NCBI GenBank assembly: GCA_016906335.1
Contig: JADEYG010000005.1
Span: 186,001 to 250,000, forward strand
Direction: 5' to 3'
Length of the DNA: 64,000 nt
DNA from: Novakomyces olei
Lineage: Eukaryota
Of the stretch, positions 15,646 to 28,764 are shown piece after piece. Position numbers and translations under genes: made by a program. Below the pieces are notes generated by a model that had not been told where the DNA came from, ran no database searches, and was given only the letters and a program-made list of their open reading frames with translations. Position 1 is the first letter of the stretch, and every line of letters begins with the position of its first letter.

Positions 15646-16710
15646 TGGAGTGTTCCGTGCTTTGTAAATTCATTAGAGTCACTTATGTTTCTGGCGACAG
15701 CAGGTTCTGTACACATACCTTCTTTATCGTGAAAGCACACGCACAACCCGATTAGTTGAGCCAATAACCCTAACCCTGACCCTCTATCAACTAACTGCTA
15801 CACAAGACTAGTTTTTGACAAAAGCAAGTAATGAAAAGTAATGAATCAAATAGATGCAAAGGCACCCTATATTGGACAAAGTAATGCTGTAATGTCCAAG
15901 CATACCTTTTCAAGTATCACGTTACGCAAATATTTCAAGAAATAGGTCAGTTTTCGGGTTGTTTACGGGCAGCGTGCGTGAGCTGTCAAGCCCGGGAATA
16001 CCCAATGCGCCGTATGCGTAGATAAACCGGCGAAAGAATGAAACCTGACTGATGAGCAAATATGAAATATACAGATCGGATGGCAATACACTGCGCGCCT
16101 GTTTACGGCGGATCAGATTAGATACAGTGCATTTGTAACGGAGAAATATGATTGATCACCTGTTTAATTGCGTGCAAGGAAACGTGCGCAATATGCACAG
16201 ACTGTAAACAAGCAAGCAAAGTAGTCGATCATGTTTTACTATTTTTATTTAAGACAACGGTTTTATCTTCTTCAAAAACTTTATTTGGCCTTTGACAAGA
16301 ATCTGCAACAACAATCTGCTTAAACGAATACGCTGTTGATCATTGTCTTTTGCCAGATACTATTTTTACTATTAAACGACATATATCTTCCAAGGGTTTT
16401 GCATAGCACCAAAAATAATTGGCGTAGCGCTATAAAAAACCCAAAACAACGAGTCGTTTATCATTATTGTTGCATCGATCATACTGCCTAATCGGGTACC
16501 GGCCGATAAGAAATAACGGTAAAGATTGCGCGTGATTCCTACCACGCAGATCAGCGAGAAAGTATAAAACACAAACATTTTTCTTGTTGCCTCAGTATAC
16601 AAAACTAAGCAGCGGCAACAGCCTTACGGCCTTGTACTATTGATATGCTATTCGCTTGACACACTTTTGCTTGAAATATTCTGACTCAACTGAATCGCAA
16701 TACTATAACA

Positions 16711-17433
16711 ATGTGGAGACTTCCAGTGGAAATGCTCGACATGATTGTGTCGTACTTGCCAGCTCGCGATCTTGCCCGGATCGCTTGCTCGTCACAGGTG
16801 CTTTGTAGCCTTGTGCGGAAGCATTTACGGGCTCGTATTGAGCATCGACTGGCGCAGCCACAGACAAGTATTCTCTTTGAAGGTTACGAGCCGGCAGAGA
16901 GGGCAGAAACGCCATACTATATCGCTCAGTACCAGGGAACACGCTCGGAAAAGTACGCGACGTACAGCGAGTTTAAGATTGCAGCCAGCGGGAAGACTGC
17001 TCCAAAGTACCATTTCCGCCTTAACGACAATGAGAGCTTTGTCCAAATGATAATGCAAGCAAACGTGATTAAAACAGACGCTCGTGGCCGTCTGTGCGAA
17101 ATTGTACCCTTGTTTGATAACGTTACCCGCCTCTTACGCTCTTGGCTCGACACTACCGACTTTGAATCGCAGCGGCTAATTTGGCTCGACAAGGACCGTT
17201 CGTTTGGGATCCGTGTCAAATTGCTGGAAAGGAAGTGTGATGAATTAATACGCGATCAGTTCGGAACTCGGTCCACAATTTTACAGAGCCTTGCTGAGCG
17301 TCATGGCGATCTTGCCACTACGTATGACGTAGAATTCGATTCTGTTGTCCTCAAGTCGAGTCACGTACTTTCTATGCTTGATGATTTCAATCAAAAAGCA
17401 AACACGTCTTGCTTTGTATACGCCCTGCAATGA
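16711..17433 (+). CDS. F-box protein
   Basis: N-terminal F-box LPVEMLDMIVSYLPARDLARIACSSQVL; 240-aa intronless ORF. Confidence 0.8.
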   Translation: MWRLPVEMLDMIVSYLPARDLARIACSSQVLCSLVRKHLRARIEHRLAQPQTSILFEGYEPAERAETPYYIAQYQGTRSEKYATYSEFKIAASGKTAPKYHFRLNDNESFVQMIMQANVIKTDARGRLCEIVPLFDNVTRLLRSWLDTTDFESQRLIWLDKDRSFGIRVKLLERKCDELIRDQFGTRSTILQSLAERHGDLATTYDVEFDSVVLKSSHVLSMLDDFNQKANTSCFVYALQ

Positions 17434-17655
17434 AGTGCACATTTCGTTACACTATTTCATGGAATTGATCTGATTGTGTTTACGAAAGACTGGTTTTATG
17501 CACCCGACAATGGACATTAATCTGCCTGCCTTTTATCGGAGAATTCAAAAGGGCTCAGCAGTTTGCATTGAAAATGTAATTAAACTATGGGGACCGATTA
17601 CTTGTTTAAGCCTAAAGTTTAAAATCAAACGTCCGGGGGGTTTCAGCTTTTTGAA

Positions 17656-18503
17656 TTATCCTAATCGACTTGATACCAGCTTGGCTATCTCGCGTGGATC
17701 AGCAGTTCCTTCCTTAACGCGACTTTTGACTGCCGCCATACAACGACCCATATCGCTCTTAGATTTGGCACCCAACTGGCTCAGTACATCGTCTATAATA
17801 GTGGCCAGTTGCTGTGATGTTAATTGCTCTGGCAGCAGTGTCTTGAGCAAACCTGCCTCTGCCTCCTCTTTCTCTGCTAAATCTTGTCGATTTGCTTTTA
17901 GGAATTCAGCTGCGCTGTCCTTACGTCGAGATACTGCCGTTTGCACAAGAGCGATTACTTGCGCGTCTGTTTGTATTGGCGATTTGCCTTTACTCGCGTT
18001 CAGTACTTCTGACATTATAGACTTCAAATAGATTAGATTGATTTTGGATTACAGATAGACTAATTTAACGAAAACAATTCAAACCAGCTCATAAATATCT
18101 AGATTGTGATATTAAAGAGCGATTTAAATTTAAAAAAAAATTCAGTCGCAACAAAGGATTAAGGTTTGACAATTTGAATATTAACAAAAAATACAAAAAT
18201 ATGAAAAAATATAGAAAAATAATAAAAAATTATATTATATTAATTGCCAACATAACGACGAGACTTATGCCCAATTTCTTACCCTGAGTACTGTTGATTT
18301 GAATCTGTCTTTGTTTTTCATCGCTTCTTTCACACTATTTCTGGAGAATTAGAAACATGTTCTAATTAGACCAAAAAGCCTTCTTACTTGATCGCGGCAA
18401 GAAGAGGCGGCTCTGCGGGTGCAGTTCCGGCATACCCGCAGCGGGCTCCCGTCGAAAATGGAGAGCGCCAATGCCTTGCTGACCTGGAAAAAGATCGAAG
18501 CAT
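17656..18503 (-). CDS. AIM41: Mitochondrial YqeY-domain protein Aim41, 3 exons
   Basis: Presequence MLRSFSRSARHWRSPFST; exon 2 VKEAMKNKDRFKSTVLR; exon 3 RRKDSAAEFLKANRQDLAEKEEAE...LLPEQL...DMGRCM. Confidence 0.85.
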
Positions 18504-18614
18504 TTGTAAAGTGTATAGAATATTGACCAACGCGCCAAAAGACCTTGTCTGACTGATAGTGGTGCAGTACTAAATAAGCAATTCAATGTAGGTGAACTCG
18601 TATGAGAAAACGAA

Positions 18615-18617
18615 TAA

Positions 18618-18656
<39 letters not shown>

Positions 18657-18660
18657 ATAT
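18615..18660. repeat. (AAAT)n tract between divergent AIM41 and ARV1 starts
   Basis: Tetranucleotide array read directly. Confidence 0.9.
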
Positions 18661-18742
18661 TGAATGGATGAATGAATTAATTTATAAATCAACGAAAACG
18701 TTACTAAAGCTCGCGAAACTCATGCAGGAAAATGTGAACTTA

Positions 18743-20082
18743 ATGTTACGCTGCGTTGAATGCTCAGATCCAGTGACTTCTGTCTACCAAGAGTATTCAA
18801 AAGGTAATCTGAAGCTTACTCAATGTGTAAGAATCTCAGTGTTTGCCTTTCTTTCTGCCTTTTTTATCTTCCTTTAACTGATGACAAAAGCCGAATTGCA
18901 AACAGTTTGCAGACAAGTATATCGAGTTTGATAATGTTATTATCGCGATCGATGTTATTCTTTTAAAGCCTCAGGCTTACCGTCATCTGCTCTTCAACAC
19001 CTTTGGTAGTAGCAATGACAGCATGGATCGTAGGGTCCGCGATATGGCAATTCTTATTGTGCTTTTCCGCGTCTATCTGATGTGGAAGCTGTTGGATTCG
19101 GAACAGCAAGTATCTCATCAACCTCAAATTGCAGCAGCTCGAGCAGCAGCAGCCGAGTTTTTGCCTGCAATTGTCAATTTACCCATAGTCTTGCAGTATT
19201 TGGTGGTTTTAGGGCTCTGTGCGCTTGAAACTTTGACTATGCATTTGGCCGTTCGGACTGCAGCAAGCTATTTTTTCAATTTTAAGCGTCGCAATATGCT
19301 CTCAATGGCTCTAATAATATCGTCGATGCTGCAGGTTTTCCCCGTTGTTATGGTTATATGGTCTTATTACCTTGCGCCCCTTGCTTCCTCTGTCGAATGG
19401 GCCACTATTTTCAATAATGCCGAAGCTTTTAGAAGTAAGTCATTATACATTTGTTTATTCGTCTTTGAAATTGTGTATTCTTGACCTTTTAAGTCTAGCT
19501 CAGCTTCTGGACCTTGCTAATCCATTCAATTGGTTTTCATTTTGTCTTCATTTCTTCTGAAAACTGTGTTTCTCAAGGGGTTCTTATTCGAACTTTTCCT
19601 GGCCTTCTACCTTCCACATATTTATGAAGATTGCCGATACTGTTGTAAATTCTTCATTTGCGTGGCTCGACGGGCTTCAATTTATCTAAATGCACAAGCT
19701 CGTTGTCTCATTCTCTAGCCTTCCTGCGCGAAGCATTTAGTTGCATTTTATACTACGACGTGCTTTCCCTTCCCTTTGGTTTCACATTCTTTACTTTTTC
19801 TTTTCTTTTTTATTCTATTTTCTTTTTCCTCTCCTTTATGCTTCAGCGTTTGCCCGTCACTGCGTGCATGAATCTTGTCGCTTTGCTTACACTAACTCTA
19901 CAGTTTTACTGGAAGTCCCGTTCTGGCAAACTCTTCTCCTCGTTTTAGCTGGCCGACTGGCGCAAGCAGCGAGCGTGTACGCCGTTCTGGCTTTTGCAAT
20001 GCCCAGTGTCGATGCCAGTTTAAGCGTGCGACACCTCTTACTCGAAGCCGGTGGATCCGTCATGAATCATTTAATAATGTAA
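18743..20082 (+). CDS. ARV1: Arv1 sterol homeostasis protein, spliced
   Basis: CVEC...VYQEYSKGNLKLTQC / PNCKQFADKYIEFDNVIIAIDVILLKPQAYRHLLFN (Arv1 homology domain). Confidence 0.92.
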
Positions 20083-20246
20083 CATTGAAAACAACTGATA
20101 AATCAAACAATTGATCTATTAGTTTCTTAATTAATTAATAAATTAATGCAGTAGCTCGACTAGTATATAATACGTAATAAACATTGTATTCGACACGTGC
20201 AATTTGAGTATATTTATTACAAAGCGAAACAAGCTCTACACATACT

Positions 20247-20723
20247 TTAGACAGAGTAGCCGACCAAATGACGGCGGCCAATGATCTCGCCGAGGCTGAA
20301 AATCCCCACAATTTCAATACTGCGCAGAATATAGTAAGCAGAATGCTTTTGGAAAGCAGCAGCGTATCCCGAAACCGGCGTAGTTCGGACAAAGTTCCAT
20401 GCAGATCGGTAAGTGCTCTCAATATCGGCGAGTGATGGAGGAGCGAGCCGTTCTCCACGGTAAACACGCTTCACCAATTCGGCTGTAAATTTGGACCAGT
20501 AAGTGACGGGCCCTTGCATCTTACGAACAACGCCCAAACGACCGGCCACTGATCCGGCACTGCGAAGCAAAGCGGCTCCTCTAGCCGGTGCTGATTTTGC
20601 GAAAGAGCTCGCTTGATCACGAACCTGTTGAGCACGTGACGCGGCTGACTCGGAAGCATTGCCGCGCACGGCAATGCGTACCGGTGACAGGAAAGGCAGT
20701 CGGGTAAAGCGGGCCAAAGACAT
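20247..20723 (-). CDS. ATP20: Mitochondrial ATP synthase subunit g
   Basis: Presequence; YWSKFTAELVKRVYRGERLAPPS; EIVGIFSLGEIIGRRHLVGY. Confidence 0.93.
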   Translation of the reverse strand: MSLARFTRLPFLSPVRIAVRGNASESAASRAQQVRDQASSFAKSAPARGAALLRSAGSVAGRLGVVRKMQGPVTYWSKFTAELVKRVYRGERLAPPSLADIESTYRSAWNFVRTTPVSGYAAAFQKHSAYYILRSIEIVGIFSLGEIIGRRHLVGYSV

Positions 20724-21270
20724 TTTGTACGGTTTCGACTAGTAAGGTTATTTCCAAAGTACTAGAGACAATATAACGAGTGGAGCGGCTGCGATGGTAA
20801 AGGAGATAAACGGTACAGACTGCCAATCGCTAAACTATAAAGACGCCACTATTTATTGAATGAAATGTACGGGCAATTGCCGGCGGAAGGGTGCTTACCT
20901 GATCAGTTTGTGCCTGCCAAAAGACTTGTTGTGACTGAGAAAATGCGTAAAAGAAATTTGTTCGATTATATGTGAAGGCAAATTGAATGTATATACGGTC
21001 GAGCACACAGCCTAAGAATAATACTGCAATTAGCGTATGATTGATATAGAATTAAGTAATGACTAAAAGCATCGCTAGTAATAATTAATTTGATACAATC
21101 AATATATACAAAGCTAATGTTAGTTTTAGGGTTAGGGTTAAAGTCAAGGTTTACCAATTGGACTTGCAAACATTCGACCTCTGTCCACTAATTCTCAGCT
21201 TATTACTATACAAACTAGTTTTATTCCTCATAACTATATGCATTCTTACTATCTGCCTCTGGGTATTTAC

Positions 21271-23769
21271 TTATGCGTCTATTAGGGCAGCTTCAAGCTC
21301 CTTACGACGTTGTAATAAGCCTTCTCGCCGTGCTAAAGTGCTTTCGAGCACTTGCAGCTCGTGTCGCACTTTACATTCATCGTGAACGGGCGAGTCGAGC
21401 ACATTCTCGTTCTTATTTCTTGCATTTTCGATACGCAACAGCTCCCACTCGTGGCCGCTGTCGCCTAAGCCCAATACGAGCTCCCATTGGTGAAACTTTC
21501 GCAGCGTTGGCCTATGCGATATCGTAATTAAAGCTGTTTGTAAATAGATGCAAGTGAAAACTCAACTATAATTAAGAATAAAAGAAAAAAAAAGTTGTTG
21601 AATATAAAATGAATAATCAAGAGATCCGAAAGAAAAAAGGATATTCGTTTGTTAAATGCCTTACTTATTCCCTGGTCTAGTGCCGCCTGGTACATAAAAG
21701 ATTCTACGTCGGCAGAAACGGCACTAGTAGCTTCATCCAAGACTGCAAAAGACGGAGAGAAATAAAACAAACGAGCCAACTGAGCTCGTTGCTTCTCTCC
21801 ACCAGAGAAGACATCTCGCCACTCCTTTCGAGCCTCCATTCCGCCTTCACGAGCGGGAAGATAGGCCAGTTTAACCGTTTCCAAACATTTGTTAACATCA
21901 TCATCACTTTTGCCCCACGCTACCATATTATTGTAGCGATGAGGGTATATAAATTGCTCTCTCAACGTCCCCTCTGACAAATAGGGCCTCTGTGGTAGGA
22001 ATAAGATTTCCCCATCTTGAGGCCTTGACACTAGGCCACGAAGAGTAGGCCATAGTCCTGCCAGTACACGAGCTATTGCCGTCTTGCCAACACCATTGGC
22101 ACCGGTAATGAGCAAGCTCTCTCCTCTTCTAACAGCAAGAGCAAGCTTATTACACAAGGTCTCGCCAGGGAGTAAGGGAGACGGGCCCGGTGCTATGATG
22201 GGAACATCTTCCATTCTTACTCCATCATAATTTAGTTGTAAAGTACCTTGAACATCGGCCAGAGACAGTTCGCTTCCTTTTTCACCATAATCTGAAAAAT
22301 ACACGCGATGAAGCTGCGTCATTAGTGCGTAGACCCTGGCAGTGTATCCAGCCAGCTCTGAGATATCCTTGTACGAATACATAAGGCGGCCTGACATTAG
22401 AACAGAGAACAAACAAAAAGTGAATGAATGAATGAATTAATAAATAAATGAATAAATGAATGAATAAATGAAAACAGATTAAAATAGTTTCTTCATATCT
22501 CTTACCTCCAGCGTCAGCTAGAGTCAGCATGAGACGCTTATTTGTTATGAAAGCCTGAGCATGATCACTCTCCGCCAAATGGTCATTTTGCGACACGATT
22601 AGGAGCGGCCCTGCACAAGACAAAAGCCCAATAGCACTCCAAGCATATTTAATGATATAGTCTTCCAGCATACCGTATCTCGCTCCAACTAGCAAGCTTT
22701 TATGAGTATGTTGAGCAAGAGCATTATATGCGTTCGCTAAAATGCCTCTTTCACGCTGAGAACCATTGTAAAAGGCGACCTCCTCCGAGTTTGTAATAAG
22801 CCGGGCATGAGCACTGCGAAACTTGCCTTCCAGACGAGCAGTAGCGGCGGCAAGTTTCCCAAAAGCGGGAGAGACTGTTCGCAACAAAAAAGCGGACAAA
22901 GCATAGTTGGAAAACAAAAAAGCCACAGACGGCCCTCCCAGAGAATGAACCAGCTGTCTCATAAAAATGATCATATCCACCATCGGCTTTCCAATATTCG
23001 CATAAATCCGGGCTGCGGCATCGCAAAATTTGCTTATATCAGCAGTAATATACTGGTCGATAGCTTCAATGCCGCTGTCGCCGCTGAGAGACTGTATCTT
23101 GTAAAAAGTCATGTGTTCGTTCAAATAAAGATCATGTGTGTAACGAACAAGTCGCGTGCGGAAAGCAATAGAAACTTTGCTTTGCAAATAGCGAATCATG
23201 GCATTTGTATAACTAGCCGGACCAGCCAGGGCAAACCAGTATAGTAGTCCCTTTACAAAGCTCAGCTTCCTAGCGGAGATAAGGTCGCGAACTAGAGCCC
23301 CATCTAGTCGAGCGACCAGCAGACTCAAATAGGTTCGAGCCACAAGAAAAAGCATTTGCAATAAAAGCAACCCAGACTCCCGGCTGCGTAATCTTGGACA
23401 CATAATCGTCCAGAGAGCCATAAACTGGCGAACAAAATTTGTATTCACGCCCGGTTTACTGCGAGTCGAGGCAGCAGAAGACTTGGCACCGGTACCCATA
23501 TCAAGGAAAAGCCTTTTATGTGCATCAAAAACGACACGTCTAGTGGGCCACACGACGACACGGCCTTCGGAATTTGAATTTGCGTCATTTGGTGGAACAA
23601 AAAGCTGCCTTGATCCATTTTGAAGACTTGCACTCCGCCTCTGCCTTGATTCTAAGGACTGCAGAAGCCTTCGATTCATTGTTAGCCGAACAACAAGAGA
23701 CAATATTAATGCAGCAATTGCAGCCGCAGCCGCAGCCTGCGGCCGTCTTAATTGCCGCCTCAACGTCAT
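21271..23769 (-). CDS. PXA1: Peroxisomal ABCD half-transporter (Pxa1-like), spliced
   Basis: FDAHKRLFL; EAA motif LITNSEEVAFYNG; Walker A GANGVGKT; signature FSGGEKQR; Walker B LDEATSAVS; introns ~22506-22392 and ~21665-21504. Confidence 0.88.
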
Positions 23770-23888
23770 CGTGTTCGTGTACTGTGCCTTGTCACATGAA
23801 TGAGTCACAAACAAGAATATTGTGGGGTACGGCAATAACGATTACTTGTACGAGTATTGTACAGTAGCCCGAGGTCCGCCGATGTTAC

Positions 23889-24063
<175 letters not shown>

Positions 24064-24271
24064 TATATAATAATACATATATATTGATTAGATATAGATA
24101 TCAATTTAAATAAACAATTAAATTATTATTAATTAATTATTATATATAAAAGTTATTATATCATTTACAATAAATATTAAATATTTTGTTTTTTAATATT
24201 ATTATTATCTAATTTAATTATATAATTAAATTAAATAAAAATATCAGCATCAAACGTTCCAGTGCACACAA

Positions 24272-24607
24272 ATGTCGTTGGCAGAGAAACGGTCACTACG
24301 AGCATGTATGCTCTGCTCTATTCTTCTACCGGAACGGCGATTCGTGCAGGCTGGCTGTCCGAACTGTCAAGAGATAATGGAAGCAGCGAACGCCGCTTTT
24401 GACGAATATACATCACCAGTGTACGAGGGGACAGTGGCTATGATCGAGCCCAAGGACTCGTGGGTTGCACGGTGGCAGCGATACGAGAACTTCACTCCTG
24501 GCTTATATGCCGTTAAAGTCTCAGGCCGACTCGGTGAGGAAATTCAAAGTGAACTTGCGCGAAGGAGAATTTCGTACCGTCCGCGCGACGGCAGTGTTCA
24601 AGAATGA
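24272..24607 (+). CDS. SPT4: Transcription elongation factor Spt4
   Basis: LRACMLCS...GCPNC...SWVARWQR...PGLYAVKVSGRL...YRPRDGS. Confidence 0.97.
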   Translation: MSLAEKRSLRACMLCSILLPERRFVQAGCPNCQEIMEAANAAFDEYTSPVYEGTVAMIEPKDSWVARWQRYENFTPGLYAVKVSGRLGEEIQSELARRRISYRPRDGSVQE

Positions 24608-25481
24608 TCTGTGGTTATTTTTCAAATAGTACAAAAGCATCAAATAGTATAAAAGCAGGGAATATGTTTCAAAGTTGGCGTGGGGCTATATGGGGCTTTG
24701 ATTATGTTTAAATCAAGGGAGCATTTAACTGGTATACGCATTGACCGCCAGTATTATCTTCTGTGTACTTGACTTTTGTTGTTGAAGGCATTCGGGACTC
24801 CAAGGCCGCTACCGAGTACCAACGTCTACGGATCTTAGAGAGTGGTATGCAGCGTAATATTCTATACATTTGATGGAGAGGAGAGCAGTATATATCAGCA
24901 AAGAAGGACCTCGACGCTCGACCGACTGACTACAAGATCAAATAATAAAAATTAATTATCAGCAAACTAAATAAAAGAAACGGAATTAAAGACAAACTAG
25001 ATGTTAGAGTCCAATCAAATATTAGAGCAAATCTAATACTGAATACGTTTTATAAGTGAATAATTTTAGCAAAGCAGAAGGAATGCCATGGAGAAAAAGT
25101 GAATCTTGTTTCGATTACGAGCACCGTCTTAACTGCTACTAGAACGTTACGCCTTCATCCGCTGATATAGTTCACTCCAATAAAGGAATGATATTTGTGA
25201 ATAAAAAAATTACGAATTCGAGGTAATAAATAAATAAATAAAAGTTACTTGTAGTGGACGATAATACAATTTCTGTTGTTTATCCTTTGAGCGGTAGATA
25301 AAATCGAAAATCGTATAATAATCCTGTTCTGAATTCTTTAAATACCGTATCCACACGTAAACACAAGTGTCATATGAGACCGCGTGACACAAAGCGCCTT
25401 TTTTGCGTCAATGGCGATCATCGCTATTGACGCAGAAACCTTTTCTGAAACTGAAGCAATCCTTGCGGAATATTTTTCAGT

Positions 25482-26907
25482 ATGACTCCCAAATCGTACA
25501 TGTCGCCCACAAAGGCGTCAATGGCAAAGCGCAAAGACCATCAAGAGGAATCGCACCCCGAAACGACGACGCGACTCGCGCCGTCTCGTCAAAGACGCGG
25601 AAAAAGTGCAAAGCAGGCGAGTATCGAATTTTTAGAAAGACAGAAATCTGCTTTGGCGCTCAATTTACAGGCGCTGCGGGCCGAGAATGAACTGTTGACA
25701 GAGAAGATTGATCGCCGGCCGTCGCCGCGCAGTGTCTTGAACGATATAATGTAAGCATTCGGCCGTAATTGCTCGCACCATATCTATCGGCACAATGTTG
25801 AATACAATACTTTATTTGATAATTAATCTAACCTGTATAGGGATTATCTCGTTAATAATGACCCGGAGATCGAGGCAACAGGTTCGCAGACGGCAAAAAT
25901 TCCTTCGGCTTATCCGTTGCCGCCAACGCTCTCGAATTTTACTTTTTTTTCGAATTTCAGTGTTGTCCGCGATGACAGGGGAGAGCCGGTGAGTGGGGTA
26001 GATGGCCACCGGATTCAAGAACGGCATGTTACTCTAAAGTACCTGGAGTTTACTGTCAGCATCGATTTTACTGTGGACTTGACAGAGGCTGCCGTTACGG
26101 AGATTAAAGATGTGCAAATAGTTTCGTGGGCACAGTCGGAAATTCTCAACTCCATTTCAAAGTATGCCGTATCCAATTTCTTCAGCAGCTGTAGTACGGG
26201 CTTTGTTTATTTTTTGAATTTTAAATACCTGCTCCTCAAATTTCTTTTGGAGATTTTTAATATCCTCTTGAGCACCTGGATATTGCTTTTATTCTGCCAT
26301 TCTTCTTTTTTTTTCTATAATTTAACTTCGTTTCTCTTTTTATTAATGAATTGCTTTCAAATCCGTTTTAGTCTGATTACAAGTCAGTCTAAATCAAAGT
26401 TTTTACATTTTATTTACAGCCTTTCTTCTCAGCATATGTGTTTTGCCGCCTGTTGACTAACGTTCAAGGTACAAAAGTCATCGTCATTTGAATAATATAG
26501 TATACGGAGCTGTTGAATATGCAAAAATGGCCTATCGGAGAGCAGCTTTCTTCGATCATTTACAAAGATCTTTTTGCAGTGATTCTTTAGGGCCTGTAAC
26601 CGTCGATAGCAAACTTGGGTTAGCGTCTATTTCACTAAAAGATGAAATAAAAACGGTGGTGCTTTATTGGCATATTTCTTTGGACGCACATTTTGCTGAT
26701 GCTCAAAGTAGTGTCTCTGCTGAATGCATAATAGCAGAATCATTAGGTCAAAAAGAAAAATCAGGTCAAAAAGAAAAAGCAAGAGAAGCACGGGCTCTAA
26801 CAGATCTGCCGGAATTAGTGGAACAGCTAGTGGGAATCAGAGGAATCGAGCATGGCCTAGCTTCTGTTGTCGAAAGTCTTTGCGAACCCACAAAAACGCG
26901 CCTATAA
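25482..26907 (+). CDS. Coiled-coil plus RWD-like protein, possibly kinetochore CENP-P/Fta2/Ctf19 family; spliced
   Basis: Three ORF pieces joined by GT-AG introns; N-terminal coiled coil; segments SWAQSEI and YGAVEYAKMAYRRAAFFDHL resemble the CENP-P pattern. Confidence 0.5.
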
Positions 26908-27366
26908 CAATACATTTTTTATTTTAAATCTCTCTTTTTACTGGTGAGTTTGGAAAGATACCTTTACTGGGTAAAACCGTTTTTTGTTTGACATCTTTTG
27001 TACTTCTTTTATCAGTCAAATGCCGCCCAAATTGCTAGTATGCGCAATTTTTTCTGGACTTGTATATATGAAACACTGTTTATAATTTATCTAATCCTGA
27101 TCAATCCCAATCGCGTTCTGTTTCCATGCGTGAATCGTGGACTTTCCCCTTGCTCAATTTCGCCAAAAACTTTTTGCAATAAGCGGTCAGTATTAGTATA
27201 ACACCAGTCTATAATTATTTTCAAACAATGCTGGACTACTGTCAAAAATCTATTTTTGCAGTCTTGTTAACAAATAAACAACTTGATTATTGCTACCAGC
27301 AATTGTTTCTACAATCGGTTATTATTTATATATATATATATATTCATTTTCAACATTATTTCTCTC

Positions 27367-28764
27367 TTATGATAAATCAGCAAGCTCGCACCGAATGAAC
27401 GCGTTGCCCCTCCAATGAGCAACGGCGAGAAAAGTCCTTGTTCCTTGCAACAAATGAGCCGCAGTCATAAACTCGATGAGTTTCCCATCAGTCCAGAAAA
27501 TAAGTTCTGCTTTGTAATTGTTGGATTTTTTTAAAAGGAAAGCAGCAGCTGGCAGAATGACATTAGTTTCCATATTCCCGGTTGCCGTTTTGGCCTTAAA
27601 TTTCTCGGCATCTGGAAATCCAGCAACTACAAGATCTCCATTAGGCATACTGTTTATATTATCCAACATCGATCCCACGCGAACTGCCCTTGTCAAGTTT
27701 AAACCTTGAGGTTCGCGATCGTAAAGAGCCACAATCCCACGCATCGTATCGGCCACTGCAATCTGATTGGTCCCGAATACGCGCTGAATACCGTTGGGAG
27801 AGCTCAATGCCTGAGATTCGATGGCGCAAACATCGTCTTTGCAATGACCAACTCCGCCGGCAGAAACCCAGGGACCGAATTTATCCTCAAATTGCCGTTT
27901 AAGTCCAGTCCTTGACGAATGGTCATTGGTAAAATAGAACTCTGTCGGCGCAACAAAGGCAACATCGTTCGGAGTACCGATAAGCGGGTCATCAAAAGCC
28001 CGTACGAATTCTGCAACTTTGCTATTGATTTTATGCCTGAACTGAAGCACATTTGAATGGTAAAGATTGTGATTTACCACGTTTATATAGACGGAATTGC
28101 CGTTATCACTCTCATCAGCCAGAATGGACAGACCGTGCGAGCGGTACGTTCCGTTATAGCCTTGCAACTCGAGAAACTGCAATTTATCGTTCTCAATATC
28201 GTACGTATAAATGCGATCATACATAATTGACGTAGTGTTGGGGTCTGCGTGGCCTTCAGGAGGGTAGAATTTTCGTCGCTCTTCCGATGGTACTCCAGCT
28301 GGCCGTTAACATACAGTCGCAATAACGCAAAAAAAAAGAGGAAGGAAAAAGCGTACATGGAAGAAAAGTAACAAAAAATCTAAAATTAAATATAAAGGGA
28401 ATCGATAGAAATTGAAACGCGCATTTCAGTAGGCTACAAAAAACAATAAGAATTGCCGATGGCACTTGTCCAAAATTTTGGACCAAGGAAATAAACAACA
28501 AAGAAAATCGAACATACCCATAAAAGCAATTTTAGCCGGGTGGTAAATTTCAATATCTTCACTGTAGAATCCGTGCGTGTCTATAACACGGCAATTGTCG
28601 TCATTAAGGGGCCCGTGATCAGAGTACTTGTAGATATAGCGCGAATTTGATGAAAGCTTTCCGCCAAAAAGTTCGAGAAACACTTCAATCCCAACATTGC
28701 GCATTTGATAGGCGGCATGCGCAAAGAAAAACACCGTGATAGCGACGGCCACCAAGTTCACCAT
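27367..28764 (-). CDS. Paraoxonase/arylesterase-like six-bladed beta-propeller, spliced
   Basis: N-terminal signal anchor; SEDIEI; SHGLSI; INVVNH; PNDVAFVAPTEFYFTNDH; SPNGI; LDNI. Confidence 0.85.

Noticed and set aside
16372-16602. 76-aa hydrophobic minus-strand ORF
   Set aside because: Non-ATG start, no recognisable motif, no supporting splice structure found
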